A stretch of DNA of 32,000 nucleotides from Phycisphaerales bacterium (GTDB lineage Bacteria > Planctomycetota > Phycisphaerae > Phycisphaerales > UBA1924). The notes beneath the pieces are model-generated. The model was not told where the DNA came from. It did not search any database and was given only the letters and a program-made list of their open reading frames with translations. Made by a program: the position numbers and the translations under genes. The number at the start of each line of letters is the position of its first letter. Position 1 is the stretch's first letter. The stretch covers positions 1-32,000 of the forward strand of contig JBOHNL010000019.1 of NCBI GenBank assembly GCA_050730655.1. The letters are read 5' to 3'. Positions 25,152 to 32,000 of this stretch are shown here, piece after piece.

Positions 25152-25173
25152 TGGGACCCTCGTGAATTTCCGT

Positions 25174-26343
25174 TCAGTCGCCCTTGACCATCTCTTTGAC
25201 TTTCTTCCAGAACCCTTGTGTTTCCGGAAGAACCGCCTGATCCTCGCTCGCGGCATAGTCACGGAGCAACTTTTCCTGCGCCTTGGTGAGCTTGCGCGGG
25301 ACTTCCACCTTGACGGCAACCAACAAGTCGCCGGCTCGCCCCGAACGGAGATTCGGAAGACCCTTCCCTTTGAGCGAGAAGACGCTTCCGGGCTGCGTGC
25401 CGCGCGGAATCGTGAGTTTCGCGTTGCCGCTGATTGTCGGAGCATCGATCTCCGCGCCGAGCGACGCCTGCGCGAAACTGATCGGCATCTCGAGCATGAG
25501 ATTGTCTTCGTCGCGCTGGAAAAGCGTGTGCTCGGCGACGCGGATCGCAACGTGCAGATCACCACGAATGCCTTCACCGGCCGGAGAAATCTCGGGAGGC
25601 GGCGGTTCGCCTTCGCCGCTGACGCGCACGGCCTGGCCATCCATCACGCCCGCCGGAATCTTCACGCTGATGGTGCGCTTGCGGGGCATGCGGCCCTTGC
25701 CCTTGCATGCGTCGCAGAAGTCTTTAACAATCTGCCCGCGACCACGGCAAGCCGGGCACGCGGTCACCATGCGGAACATGCCGCCGAAACCGGTCTGCTG
25801 GACTTTCCCTTGTCCGGCACATGTCGGACACTTGATCGGGTTGCTGCCCTTCTTCGCGCCGGTGCCGGTGCACGTCTCGCAGACATCGAGGCGCGTGAAG
25901 TGAACTTCGCGCTCAACGCCGACGGAAACATCTTCGAGCGTCAGTTCGACTTCGGTTTCGAGGTCGTATCCGCGCGCGACGCCCCGCCGGCCCTGTTGGC
26001 CACCGAAGCCGCCACCTGGACCACCTTGTCCGCCGAAGATGTCGTTGAACATCGAGAAGATGTCCTCGACATTCATGCGGCTGAAATCGTGTGCCGCGGG
26101 GCCTCGCGCCTGGCGCAGACCATCGTGACCGTACTGGTCGTAGAGCTGACGCTTTTCGGGGTCCGAGAGTACTTCGTACGCCGAAGCGGCCTCCTTAAAC
26201 TTCACCTCGGCCTCTGCATCACCGGGGTTGCGATCCGGGTGATATTTCAGCGCGAGGCGGCGATAAGAGCGTTTGATCTCCTCGCCATCGGCGGTTCGCT
26301 CGACGCTCAGAACTTCGTAGTAGTCGCGGGTGACTGAAGGCAT
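25174..26343 (-). CDS. dnaJ: molecular chaperone DnaJ (type I Hsp40)
   Basis: J-domain [36 protein letters not shown], a G/F-rich linker and four CxxCxGxG zinc-finger repeats ([32 protein letters not shown]). The start is taken at MPSVTRDYY (26343); the longest ORF begins at 26373. Confidence 0.92.
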   Translation of the reverse strand: MPSVTRDYYEVLSVERTADGEEIKRSYRRLALKYHPDRNPGDAEAEVKFKEAASAYEVLSDPEKRQLYDQYGHDGLRQARGPAAHDFSRMNVEDIFSMFNDIFGGQGGPGGGFGGQQGRRGVARGYDLETEVELTLEDVSVGVEREVHFTRLDVCETCTGTGAKKGSNPIKCPTCAGQGKVQQTGFGGMFRMVTACPACRGRGQIVKDFCDACKGKGRMPRKRTISVKIPAGVMDGQAVRVSGEGEPPPPEISPAGEGIRGDLHVAIRVAEHTLFQRDEDNLMLEMPISFAQASLGAEIDAPTISGNAKLTIPRGTQPGSVFSLKGKGLPNLRSGRAGDLLVAVKVEVPRKLTKAQEKLLRDYAASEDQAVLPETQGFWKKVKEMVKGD

Positions 26344-26381
26344 GGGGAAGTTGGGCTGCGTGCCAAAGTGCAAATGAGGGA

Positions 26382-27014
26382 TTAGCGGTGGGCGGTGCGA
26401 TAGCCAATATTTTTGATGGTCGATGCCAAATCGCGCATCGCATCGGCTGATTTTTCTGCTGGCGAACTGAACGTGGCAAGCGAGACGCGATCAAGATGCG
26501 AAACTTCAACCGGATATCGATCTGCGCGACGCTCACTTTGGGGATCGGGCAGCACGTCGTACTCCACGTCAATCGCCAAATTTGGCCCGCGGAGCTCACT
26601 CTCTAGTTTGCTCCACTCACCAAGCGCGAGACGCAACTCTTGCTCGGGAAGCAGCAATGAGATCCCATTCTTCATCATGCCGCTTTCCAACGGCCTTCCC
26701 GCCGCATTCACAAACGCGAGCTGGAGAAATTGAGACGGAATCAGCTTGACGCGAAACGCCGCTCCTCGTCCGACATTTCGCACTATCAAATCCAGCGATA
26801 GTTCTTTCCCAGGTACTACTGCAGCAATGACGATTGGTTCTGACTGACCTCGCCGCATCGCCTGCGTTTCGTCAGTTAAAATCTTCGTGTAGTCCGTATA
26901 TCTCTTTACGGTTCGCCAAGTGACGAATGCCATCACAGCGGAAATGATGGCCCCAAGCGCAGACCATATTTCAGGTCGGGCAAAAATCGATGCTTGCTGA
27001 CTTTGATCGGACAT
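26382..27014 (-). CDS. hypothetical membrane-anchored protein (one N-terminal TM helix plus a beta-rich domain), no family recognised
   Basis: A 210-aa ORF that exactly fills the gap between groEL and dnaJ. TM segment [38 protein letters not shown] resembles an Ig-like/CARDB-type strand pattern. The composition is normal (not Arg/Pro-rich shadow-ORF style), it looks more A/T-rich than its neighbours, and it has no clear Shine-Dalgarno. Confidence 0.55.
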   Translation of the reverse strand: MSDQSQQASIFARPEIWSALGAIISAVMAFVTWRTVKRYTDYTKILTDETQAMRRGQSEPIVIAAVVPGKELSLDLIVRNVGRGAAFRVKLIPSQFLQLAFVNAAGRPLESGMMKNGISLLLPEQELRLALGEWSKLESELRGPNLAIDVEYDVLPDPQSERRADRYPVEVSHLDRVSLATFSSPAEKSADAMRDLASTIKNIGYRTAHR

Positions 27015-27140
27015 GAATCGAGCCCGACCGCTGTCGTGGACGGGCTCGGAAATTTCATTTGGTTGCAGCGGGATCGAGAACTTCCGGTTCCCGATTGGCC
27101 GCTGTGCCCTCGCTTGCGCTTCGGGCTCGTAAACGCGTGA

Positions 27141-28763
27141 TCAGGCCGTCGCGCCGGTCGCGATCTCGGCATCTTCCTTCAGGTCCGTGATCAGCACATC
27201 GGTGGTGAGCATCAGGCCCGCAACGGAAGCCGCATTGATCAGCGCGGTCTTTGCGACGAGCGCCGGATCGATGATGCCGTCCTTCACAAGGTCGGTGTAT
27301 TCACCCGTTGCGGAGTTAAAGCCGAACGAATTGCCGCCTTTGCCGCCTTCCTTCACCTTCTCGACGACGAGGTCGCCATCGAAACCGGCGTTCTCGGCGA
27401 TCTGCTTGGCGCAGGCCTCGACAGCGCGGCTGACGATGTCGAAGCCGAGCTTCTCGTCGCCCTTGGCCTTGCCGGCAGCCTTCTGGATCGCGTCCTGCGT
27501 GCGGAGCAGTGCGACGCCGCCACCAGGGACATAGCCCTCTTTGGCTGCAGCGCGAGTCGCGTGCAGAGCATCGTCCACGAGGTCCTTGGTCGACTTCATG
27601 GCGATCTCGGTTGCGCCACCGACGTTGATGATCGCGACGCCGCTGGTGAGCTTCGCAAGACGCTCCATCAGCTTCTCACGGTCGTAATCGCTGGTTGACT
27701 TCTCGTGCTGCGACTTGATCTGGTTCGCGCGGGCGGTGAGCTCCGACTTCTTGCCGGCGCCTTCGATGATCGTGGTGTCGTCCTTGGTGACGATCAGCTT
27801 CTTGGCGCGACCAAGTTCCGAAAGCTCGATGCTCTCGATGCTACGGCCGAGATCTTCCGCGATGAACGTGCCACCGGTGAGGGTGGCGATGTCGCCCATC
27901 ATGGCCTTGCGGCGATCGCCGAAGCCCGGGGCCTTGACGGCGCAGATCTTGAGCGTGCCGCGGAGGCGGTTGACGACGAGCGTCGCGAGGGCTTCGTTCT
28001 CGACTTCCTCAGCGATGAGGAGAATCGGCTTGCCGGTCGCGACGACCTTGTTGAGCAGCGGGAGAAGATCGGGCAGGTTGCTGATCTTCTTTTCGTAGAG
28101 CAGGATGTACGCATCTTCCATCACGCACTCGGCCGTCTTCGGGTCGGTCATGAAGTATGGCGAGAGGTAACCCTTATCGAACTGCATTCCCTCGACGTAG
28201 TCAAGCGTGGTTTCCGCTGACTTGCCTTCTTCGATCTCAACAACGCCGTCGGCGCCGACGCGATCGATGGCTTCAGCGATCAGATTGCCGACTGCTTCAT
28301 CGTGATTCGCGGAAACAGTTGCGATCTTCTTGTAATCCTCGCGACCCTTGCACTTGATGGCCATGCCGTCAATCGCTTCGGCCGCGGCAGCCGCTGCGTT
28401 GTTGATACCCCGCTGGAGGTGAACCGGGTTCGCACCGGCCGTCACGTGGCGAAGGCCTTGGGTGAAGATCGCCTGCGCGAGCACCGTCGCGGCAGTCGTG
28501 CCATCGCCGGCCTTGTCGGCGGTCTTCTTGGCGACTTCGTTCACCATCTTCGCGCCCATCGACTGGAACGGATCGGGCAGCGAAATTTCCTTCGAGACCG
28601 AGACACCGTCCTTGGTGACATGCGGGCCGCCGTAGGACTTTTCGATGACAACGAAGCGGCCGGAGGGGCCCATCGTGCACTTCACGGCGTCGGCAAGAGC
28701 GTCGACGCCTTTTTTCATCTCGACGAGTGCCGAGTCAGAGAACATCAGTTGTTTCGTGGACAT
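27141..28763 (-). CDS. groEL: chaperonin GroEL (Cpn60), copy linked to groES, lacking the C-terminal GGM tail
   Basis: MSTKQLMFSDSALVEMKKGVDALADAVKCTMGP.GR.VVIEKS.G.P.VTKDGV..., AGDGTTAATVLA, GGVALL and so on. It ends ...LKEDAEIATGATA. The start is at 28763, preceded by GAGGAA. Confidence 0.95.
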   Translation of the reverse strand: MSTKQLMFSDSALVEMKKGVDALADAVKCTMGPSGRFVVIEKSYGGPHVTKDGVSVSKEISLPDPFQSMGAKMVNEVAKKTADKAGDGTTAATVLAQAIFTQGLRHVTAGANPVHLQRGINNAAAAAAEAIDGMAIKCKGREDYKKIATVSANHDEAVGNLIAEAIDRVGADGVVEIEEGKSAETTLDYVEGMQFDKGYLSPYFMTDPKTAECVMEDAYILLYEKKISNLPDLLPLLNKVVATGKPILLIAEEVENEALATLVVNRLRGTLKICAVKAPGFGDRRKAMMGDIATLTGGTFIAEDLGRSIESIELSELGRAKKLIVTKDDTTIIEGAGKKSELTARANQIKSQHEKSTSDYDREKLMERLAKLTSGVAIINVGGATEIAMKSTKDLVDDALHATRAAAKEGYVPGGGVALLRTQDAIQKAAGKAKGDEKLGFDIVSRAVEACAKQIAENAGFDGDLVVEKVKEGGKGGNSFGFNSATGEYTDLVKDGIIDPALVAKTALINAASVAGLMLTTDVLITDLKEDAEIATGATA

Positions 28764-28790
28764 GGTTCGTTCCTCACAAAGGGCCAAAGC

Positions 28791-28871
28791 TCAAATCGCA
28801 AATGGCCAGAATTTCGTTGTATCCGCAGCTCGAACATTTGCCATCTGGCGCTTTGCCATGTGGCGATTTGA
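28791..28871. repeat. imperfect nested inverted repeat occupying the groES-groEL spacer
   Basis: TCAAATCGC (28791-28799) pairs with GCGATTTGA (28863-28871), 9/9. GCAAATG (28798-28804) pairs with CATTTGC (28835-28841), 7/7. GCAAATGGCCAGA pairs with TCTGGCGCTTTGC (28844-28856), 11/13. Confidence 0.7.
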
Positions 28872-28872
28872 T

Positions 28873-29163
28873 TTAACCTTCAATCACACCGAGAAGTTCG
28901 CTCTCGCGCAAAATCAAGTGCTTTTCGCCCTTGATTTCAACTTCGGTGCCCGAGTACTTGCCGTAAACAACCGTGTCGCCCTTGCTGACGCTCATCTCGG
29001 CGCGCTTGCCGTTTTCGAGGCGCTTGCCCGGGCCAGTCGCGACGACGCTGCCCTTGACCGGCTTTTCTTTGGCGGTTTCGGGAAGATAGATACCCGAAGC
29101 GGTTTTGGTTTCGGCTTCGATGGGCTTGACGAGCACGCGGTCTTCGAGGGGTTTCACGGCCAT
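28873..29163 (-). CDS. groES: co-chaperonin GroES (Cpn10)
   Basis: 96 aa with MAVKPLEDRVLVKPIEAETKTASGIYLPETAKEKP.KG.VVA.GPG......G.......V..GD.V.Y.KY.GTE. GAAGGAGAT lies upstream. Confidence 0.95.
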   Translation of the reverse strand: MAVKPLEDRVLVKPIEAETKTASGIYLPETAKEKPVKGSVVATGPGKRLENGKRAEMSVSKGDTVVYGKYSGTEVEIKGEKHLILRESELLGVIEG

Positions 29164-29252
29164 TTCAATATCTCCTTCAGGTGTGTCGCAATTTTTTGAT
29201 TGCGTCGTTTGTGTTTGTGCGGGCTGCTCGCCCCACGGACGATGGAAACTCT

Positions 29253-29816
29253 TTACTCTGCTTTTGATTGAGTCTTCGAGGATGCTTTTGGCGGGGCTTT
29301 GGACGCAGGTGCTGAATCAGCCTTCGCAGGCTCCTCGGCCTTTTCGTGTTTGCGGGCCTTCACCAGTTCAGCGCGGATCGACTCGATGAGTTCAAAGTCG
29401 CGCGCGTGATCAAACTTTGTCGCGTTGTACTCCGGCGTCCCCTCTTTGGGCATCTGGCCCCAAACGGGTGCGAGCACATCGGGATCGGTCTTGCGGCGAG
29501 GGAAGATGTGCCAGTGGATGTGATGCACCACGTTGCCCAATGACTCGCAGTTGAGCTTGTGCGGGCGGAACGCGTTGTGGACGGCTTCTGCGACCTGCGT
29601 CATCTCTTCGATGAAGCGGACACGTGCCGCACGTGCGAGTTGATGCAATTCGGTCGCAGGAGTCTTGCTCAAGTAAAGCGTGTAGCCACGGAAAAACTGC
29701 GAATCGCCGAGGACGGCGAAACCAGTATCGAGTTCCGCGATGAGTCCGGGGTGTGTCCCGGCGCGGCACTCGGCCACACGATTGCAAATTTCGCACTCTT
29801 GCTGGTGTCCTGCCAT
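29253..29816 (-). CDS. HIT (histidine triad) family nucleotide hydrolase/transferase with a Lys/Ala/Pro-rich C-terminal tail
   Basis: Histidine triad NVVHHIHWHIFPRR (HxHxHxx) and an N-terminal CEICNRVAEC. The last 40 or so residues are low-complexity (KHEKAEEPAKADSAPASKAPPKASSKTQSKAE). Confidence 0.8.
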   Translation of the reverse strand: MAGHQQECEICNRVAECRAGTHPGLIAELDTGFAVLGDSQFFRGYTLYLSKTPATELHQLARAARVRFIEEMTQVAEAVHNAFRPHKLNCESLGNVVHHIHWHIFPRRKTDPDVLAPVWGQMPKEGTPEYNATKFDHARDFELIESIRAELVKARKHEKAEEPAKADSAPASKAPPKASSKTQSKAE

Positions 29817-29835
29817 GGCTGTTCCCAGACGCGCT

Positions 29836-30561
29836 TCAGGCCGCGTCGGATTTGCGGGGCTCCAGTGAAGGGGTTGAAGGTGTGGAGTGAATTTCGGGCG
29901 CCGCGGCGGATTCCGGATTCATCTTGTGTTTGATTACTTCGATGGCGACCGGTACGAGCGAGACGACAATCACGCCGAGAACGACGATCGAGAAATTGTT
30001 CTTGACGAACGGAATATTGCCAAAGAGGAAGCCGGCGCCGATGCAGATGCCGACCCAGAGGATCGCGCCAAAGACGTTGAAGAAAATAAAGCGCGAGTAG
30101 TTCATCGAGCCCGCGCCGGCAACAAATGGACAGAACGTGCGGACGATCGGAATGAACTGACCAAGGCTGATCGCCTTGCCGCCGTGCTTTTCGAAGAACT
30201 GATGAGCGCGGTAAAGGTGCTTGCGATTGAGAAGCCGATCGAGGAACGAACGCGATTCCACCGGTGCGTGACTGAACACCCTGGGCCCGATGTAGCGTCC
30301 GATCCAGTAGTTGCAGGTATTGCCCAGGATCGCGGCAAGAAGCATGAGCGGCGCCGCGATCTCGGCGCGAATCACGCCGCTGCCACCGAGCGCCCCCACT
30401 GCGAAGAGCAGCGAATCGCCCGGAAGGAACGGAGTGACGACAAGACCAGTCTCGCAGAAAATGATCGCGAACAGGATCGCGTAGACCCAGATTCCGTAGG
30501 AATCGACCAAGCCTTTCAGAGCCTGGTCGATGTGGAGGATGTTGTGAATCAGTTCCTGCAT
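29836..30561 (-). CDS. DedA-family (SNARE-associated/VTT domain) inner-membrane protein
   Basis: YAILFAIIFCETGLVVTPFLPGDSLLF, GNTCNYWIGRYIG, FEKHGGKAISLGQFIPIVRTFCPFVAGAGSM.Y.RF. The start is taken at MQELIHN (30561), which avoids overlap with the upstream antitoxin gene; the longest ORF begins at 30627. Confidence 0.85.
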   Translation of the reverse strand: MQELIHNILHIDQALKGLVDSYGIWVYAILFAIIFCETGLVVTPFLPGDSLLFAVGALGGSGVIRAEIAAPLMLLAAILGNTCNYWIGRYIGPRVFSHAPVESRSFLDRLLNRKHLYRAHQFFEKHGGKAISLGQFIPIVRTFCPFVAGAGSMNYSRFIFFNVFGAILWVGICIGAGFLFGNIPFVKNNFSIVVLGVIVVSLVPVAIEVIKHKMNPESAAAPEIHSTPSTPSLEPRKSDAA

Positions 30562-30577
30562 GAAACGTTCTGAAAAC

Positions 30578-30808
30578 TCAAGCGGACTTCCGCAATCGCG
30601 AACCCTTCTTCTGACGTCGAGCAACAAGTGCCCTCACTTCGTCAGCAAGAGCGAGCGGAACACGGATCAGAGCAAAATCGGACTGCAGAACTGCAGCTTC
30701 GGCTTCCGCAATCGCCTCTGCTTCGGTTTGCGAGTCGTAATGGGCGATCACGCGATCGATTCGATCTCGATTCCAGCCCTTCGGATACTTGTTGAGGTCT
30801 TTCTTCAT
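30578..30808 (-). CDS. putative antitoxin (BrnA-like, possible C-terminal ribbon-helix-helix)
   Basis: 76 aa. It overlaps the upstream small gene by 4 bp (ATGA). It has an acidic helical segment YDSQTEAEAIAEAEAA followed by IRVPLALADEVRALVARR. The toxin-first gene order is as in BrnTA modules. The family call is from memory, not a search. Confidence 0.45.
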   Translation of the reverse strand: MKKDLNKYPKGWNRDRIDRVIAHYDSQTEAEAIAEAEAAVLQSDFALIRVPLALADEVRALVARRQKKGSRLRKSA

Positions 30809-31098
30809 TTCAGTCCCCGGCGTTTGCGCCGGTTTCGCCTTCGGAATGCCTTCAACTCATTTCCCTTGATCGGATAAGCCGTGATGACAAAAAGCTCGTC
30901 GTCGTCATCTTCAAGCTTGTAAACGACTTTGAGAACTCGCCCTGCAACGGTCGCACCGAATGCAATTCTTGCTCCGTTAACGCCTGGAAAATCCTGACTC
31001 GCTCGATTCAAGACCTCGACGCATTCATCCGCCGACACGCCGTGGTTTTCAACGTGTGGCCGTCCTGTATCAGGGTCTAAGTAGAAGCGAATCTGCAT
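30805..31098 (-). CDS. putative toxin (BrnT/DUF497-like small RNase fold)
   Basis: 97 aa. HVENHGVSADECVEVL ... GATVAGRVLKVVYKLEDDDDELFVITAYPIKGNELKAFRRR follows the BrnT layout (KHGVsxEEaxEV...G.t..GR.L.VVy....i.iIsA....kke...y). It looks more A/T-rich than its neighbours. Confidence 0.45.
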   Translation of the reverse strand: MQIRFYLDPDTGRPHVENHGVSADECVEVLNRASQDFPGVNGARIAFGATVAGRVLKVVYKLEDDDDELFVITAYPIKGNELKAFRRRNRRKRRGLK

Positions 31099-31107
31099 GA
31101 TTGCTTC

Positions 31108-32000
31108 TTAGAACCCCATCCCGCCCATGCCACCCATTCCGCCCATGCCCGGCATGCCGCCCATCCCGCCGCCACCACCCGCAGGTGCGGCTTCCTTCGC
31201 CTCGGGCTTGGACGTGATGACGCAGTCGGAGGTGAGCAGCAAGGTCGCAACGCTGGACGCGTTCTGAAGCGCCGAACGATCGACCTTCGCGGGCGTGATG
31301 ACGCCCATGTCGATCAGATCGCCGTAGGTATCAGTCAGCGCGTTGTAACCGAAGTTGTTGCCCTTGCCTTCGGCAACTTTCTGAACAACCACCGTGCCCT
31401 TGGCGCCGGCGTTGTCCGCGATGGTCTGGAGGGGGAGAGCAAGCGCGGTGTAGACCGTGCGAATTCCCGCGGCGAAGTCAAACGCGTAGCGGCCGACATC
31501 GTCCGACGACTTGTCGTCGCCACCCTTTCCGAACACGGCCTTGTATTCCTTCATGTTCTCGAGCGACTTGCGAGCGCGGATGAATGAGACGCCGCCACCG
31601 GGGACAATGCCTTCGGCAACCGCGGCGCGGGTGGCGTGGAGCGCGTCCTCGATGCGGGCCTTCTTTTCCTTGAGTTCGGCTTCGGATGCCGCGCCGACCT
31701 TAATCTGAGCAACGCCGCCGGCCAACTTGGCGAGACGCTCCTGGAGCTTCTCGCGGTCGTAGTCGCTGGTGGTCTTCTCGACCTCGGCGCGGATCTGCGC
31801 GATACGGGCCTGGATTTCCTTGGTGCTGCCGGCGCCCTCGATGATCGTCGTGTTGTCGGCGTCGATCTCGAGCTTCTTTGCCATACCGAGCTGCTTGAGC
31901 TCGACCTTGTCGAGTTCGATACCAAGGTCCTTCATGATCGGAGTCGCGCCCGTGAGGATCGCGATATCTTCGAGCATGGCCTTGCGGCGATCGCCGTAGC
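31108..32000 (-). CDS. groEL: chaperonin GroEL paralog, C-terminal part (5' end beyond the window), with a GGM-repeat tail
   Basis: ...[21 protein letters not shown]..., [53 protein letters not shown], ending in [23 protein letters not shown]. The reading frame continues open to position 32000. Confidence 0.93.
   Translation of the reverse strand, partial: YGDRRKAMLEDIAILTGATPIMKDLGIELDKVELKQLGMAKKLEIDADNTTIIEGAGSTKEIQARIAQIRAEVEKTTSDYDREKLQERLAKLAGGVAQIKVGAASEAELKEKKARIEDALHATRAAVAEGIVPGGGVSFIRARKSLENMKEYKAVFGKGGDDKSSDDVGRYAFDFAAGIRTVYTALALPLQTIADNAGAKGTVVVQKVAEGKGNNFGYNALTDTYGDLIDMGVITPAKVDRSALQNASSVATLLLTSDCVITSKPEAKEAAPAGGGGGMGGMPGMGGMGGMGGMGF

Noticed and set aside
27015-27140. Hairpin CGAGCCCG-N14-CGGGCTCG (about 27019-27048) between groEL and the orphan ORF as a terminator isolating the orphan from groEL.
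   Set aside because: On the transcribed (minus) strand it is followed directly by ATTC-ATG with no U-tract and has a large loop. That is not convincing as an intrinsic terminator, so it is left unannotated.
29164-29290. Possible CIRCE (HrcA operator) or sigma-32 promoter upstream of groES. The only similar sequence is TTTACTC-N11-GAGTCTT around 29252-29276, and there is a small CGCAAT-N6-ATTGCG hairpin at about 29188-29205.
   Set aside because: Only 4-5 bp of symmetry, so it does not match TTAGCACTC-N9-GAGTGCTAA. It also overlaps the HIT stop codon. I saw no CTTGAAA/CCCCAT-type promoter. I cannot support a regulatory call.
1-32000. Searched for CRISPR arrays, rRNA genes, integrases/transposases and phage genes.
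   Set aside because: I saw no regularly spaced direct repeats longer than the 7-8-mer arrays reported above, no rRNA-like segments, and no recombinase, transposase or phage structural signatures in any frame.

Overview
G+C-rich bacterial chromosomal window that is almost fully coding. I support 29 protein genes and found no rRNA, tRNA or CRISPR array. The gene content and the short intergenic repeat words suggest Planctomycetota or a related lineage, but that is inference only. There are three blocks. (1) 1-16.7 kb holds a secreted M16 zinc peptidase and a split reductive pyrimidine/hydantoin catabolism locus: a DPD/PreA-like flavoenzyme, dihydropyrimidinase, a class-III aminotransferase and an NCS1 permease. 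It is interrupted by GH31 glycosidase and Kef-type antiporter genes and is flanked by an MmgE/PrpD-family gene. (2) 16.7-23.7 kb holds miscellaneous housekeeping and envelope genes: DUF3052, a SAM methyltransferase, a CobB-type sirtuin, a Pmp-like beta-helix exoprotein, an acyl-AMP ligase and a SPOR lipoprotein. (3) 23.7-32 kb is one long minus-strand string: groEL(2) - toxin/antitoxin - dedA - HIT - groES - groEL(1) - orphan - dnaJ - grpE - fmdB - acpS. The conserved backbone carries three visibly more A/T-rich small insertions. One is a GxxExxY PD-(D/E)XK nuclease-family gene bounded by a near-perfect 34/36-nt inverted repeat, sitting inside the pyrimidine operon. The second is an orphan membrane-anchored protein between groEL and dnaJ. 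The third is a BrnT/BrnA-like pair 9 nt downstream of a groEL paralog. Several intergenic spacers carry short tandem 7-8-mer arrays and palindromes. I see no recognisable large novel multi-gene system. The best candidates for follow-up are the IR-bounded cassette, the orphan in the chaperone cluster, and the non-canonical pyrimidine locus.
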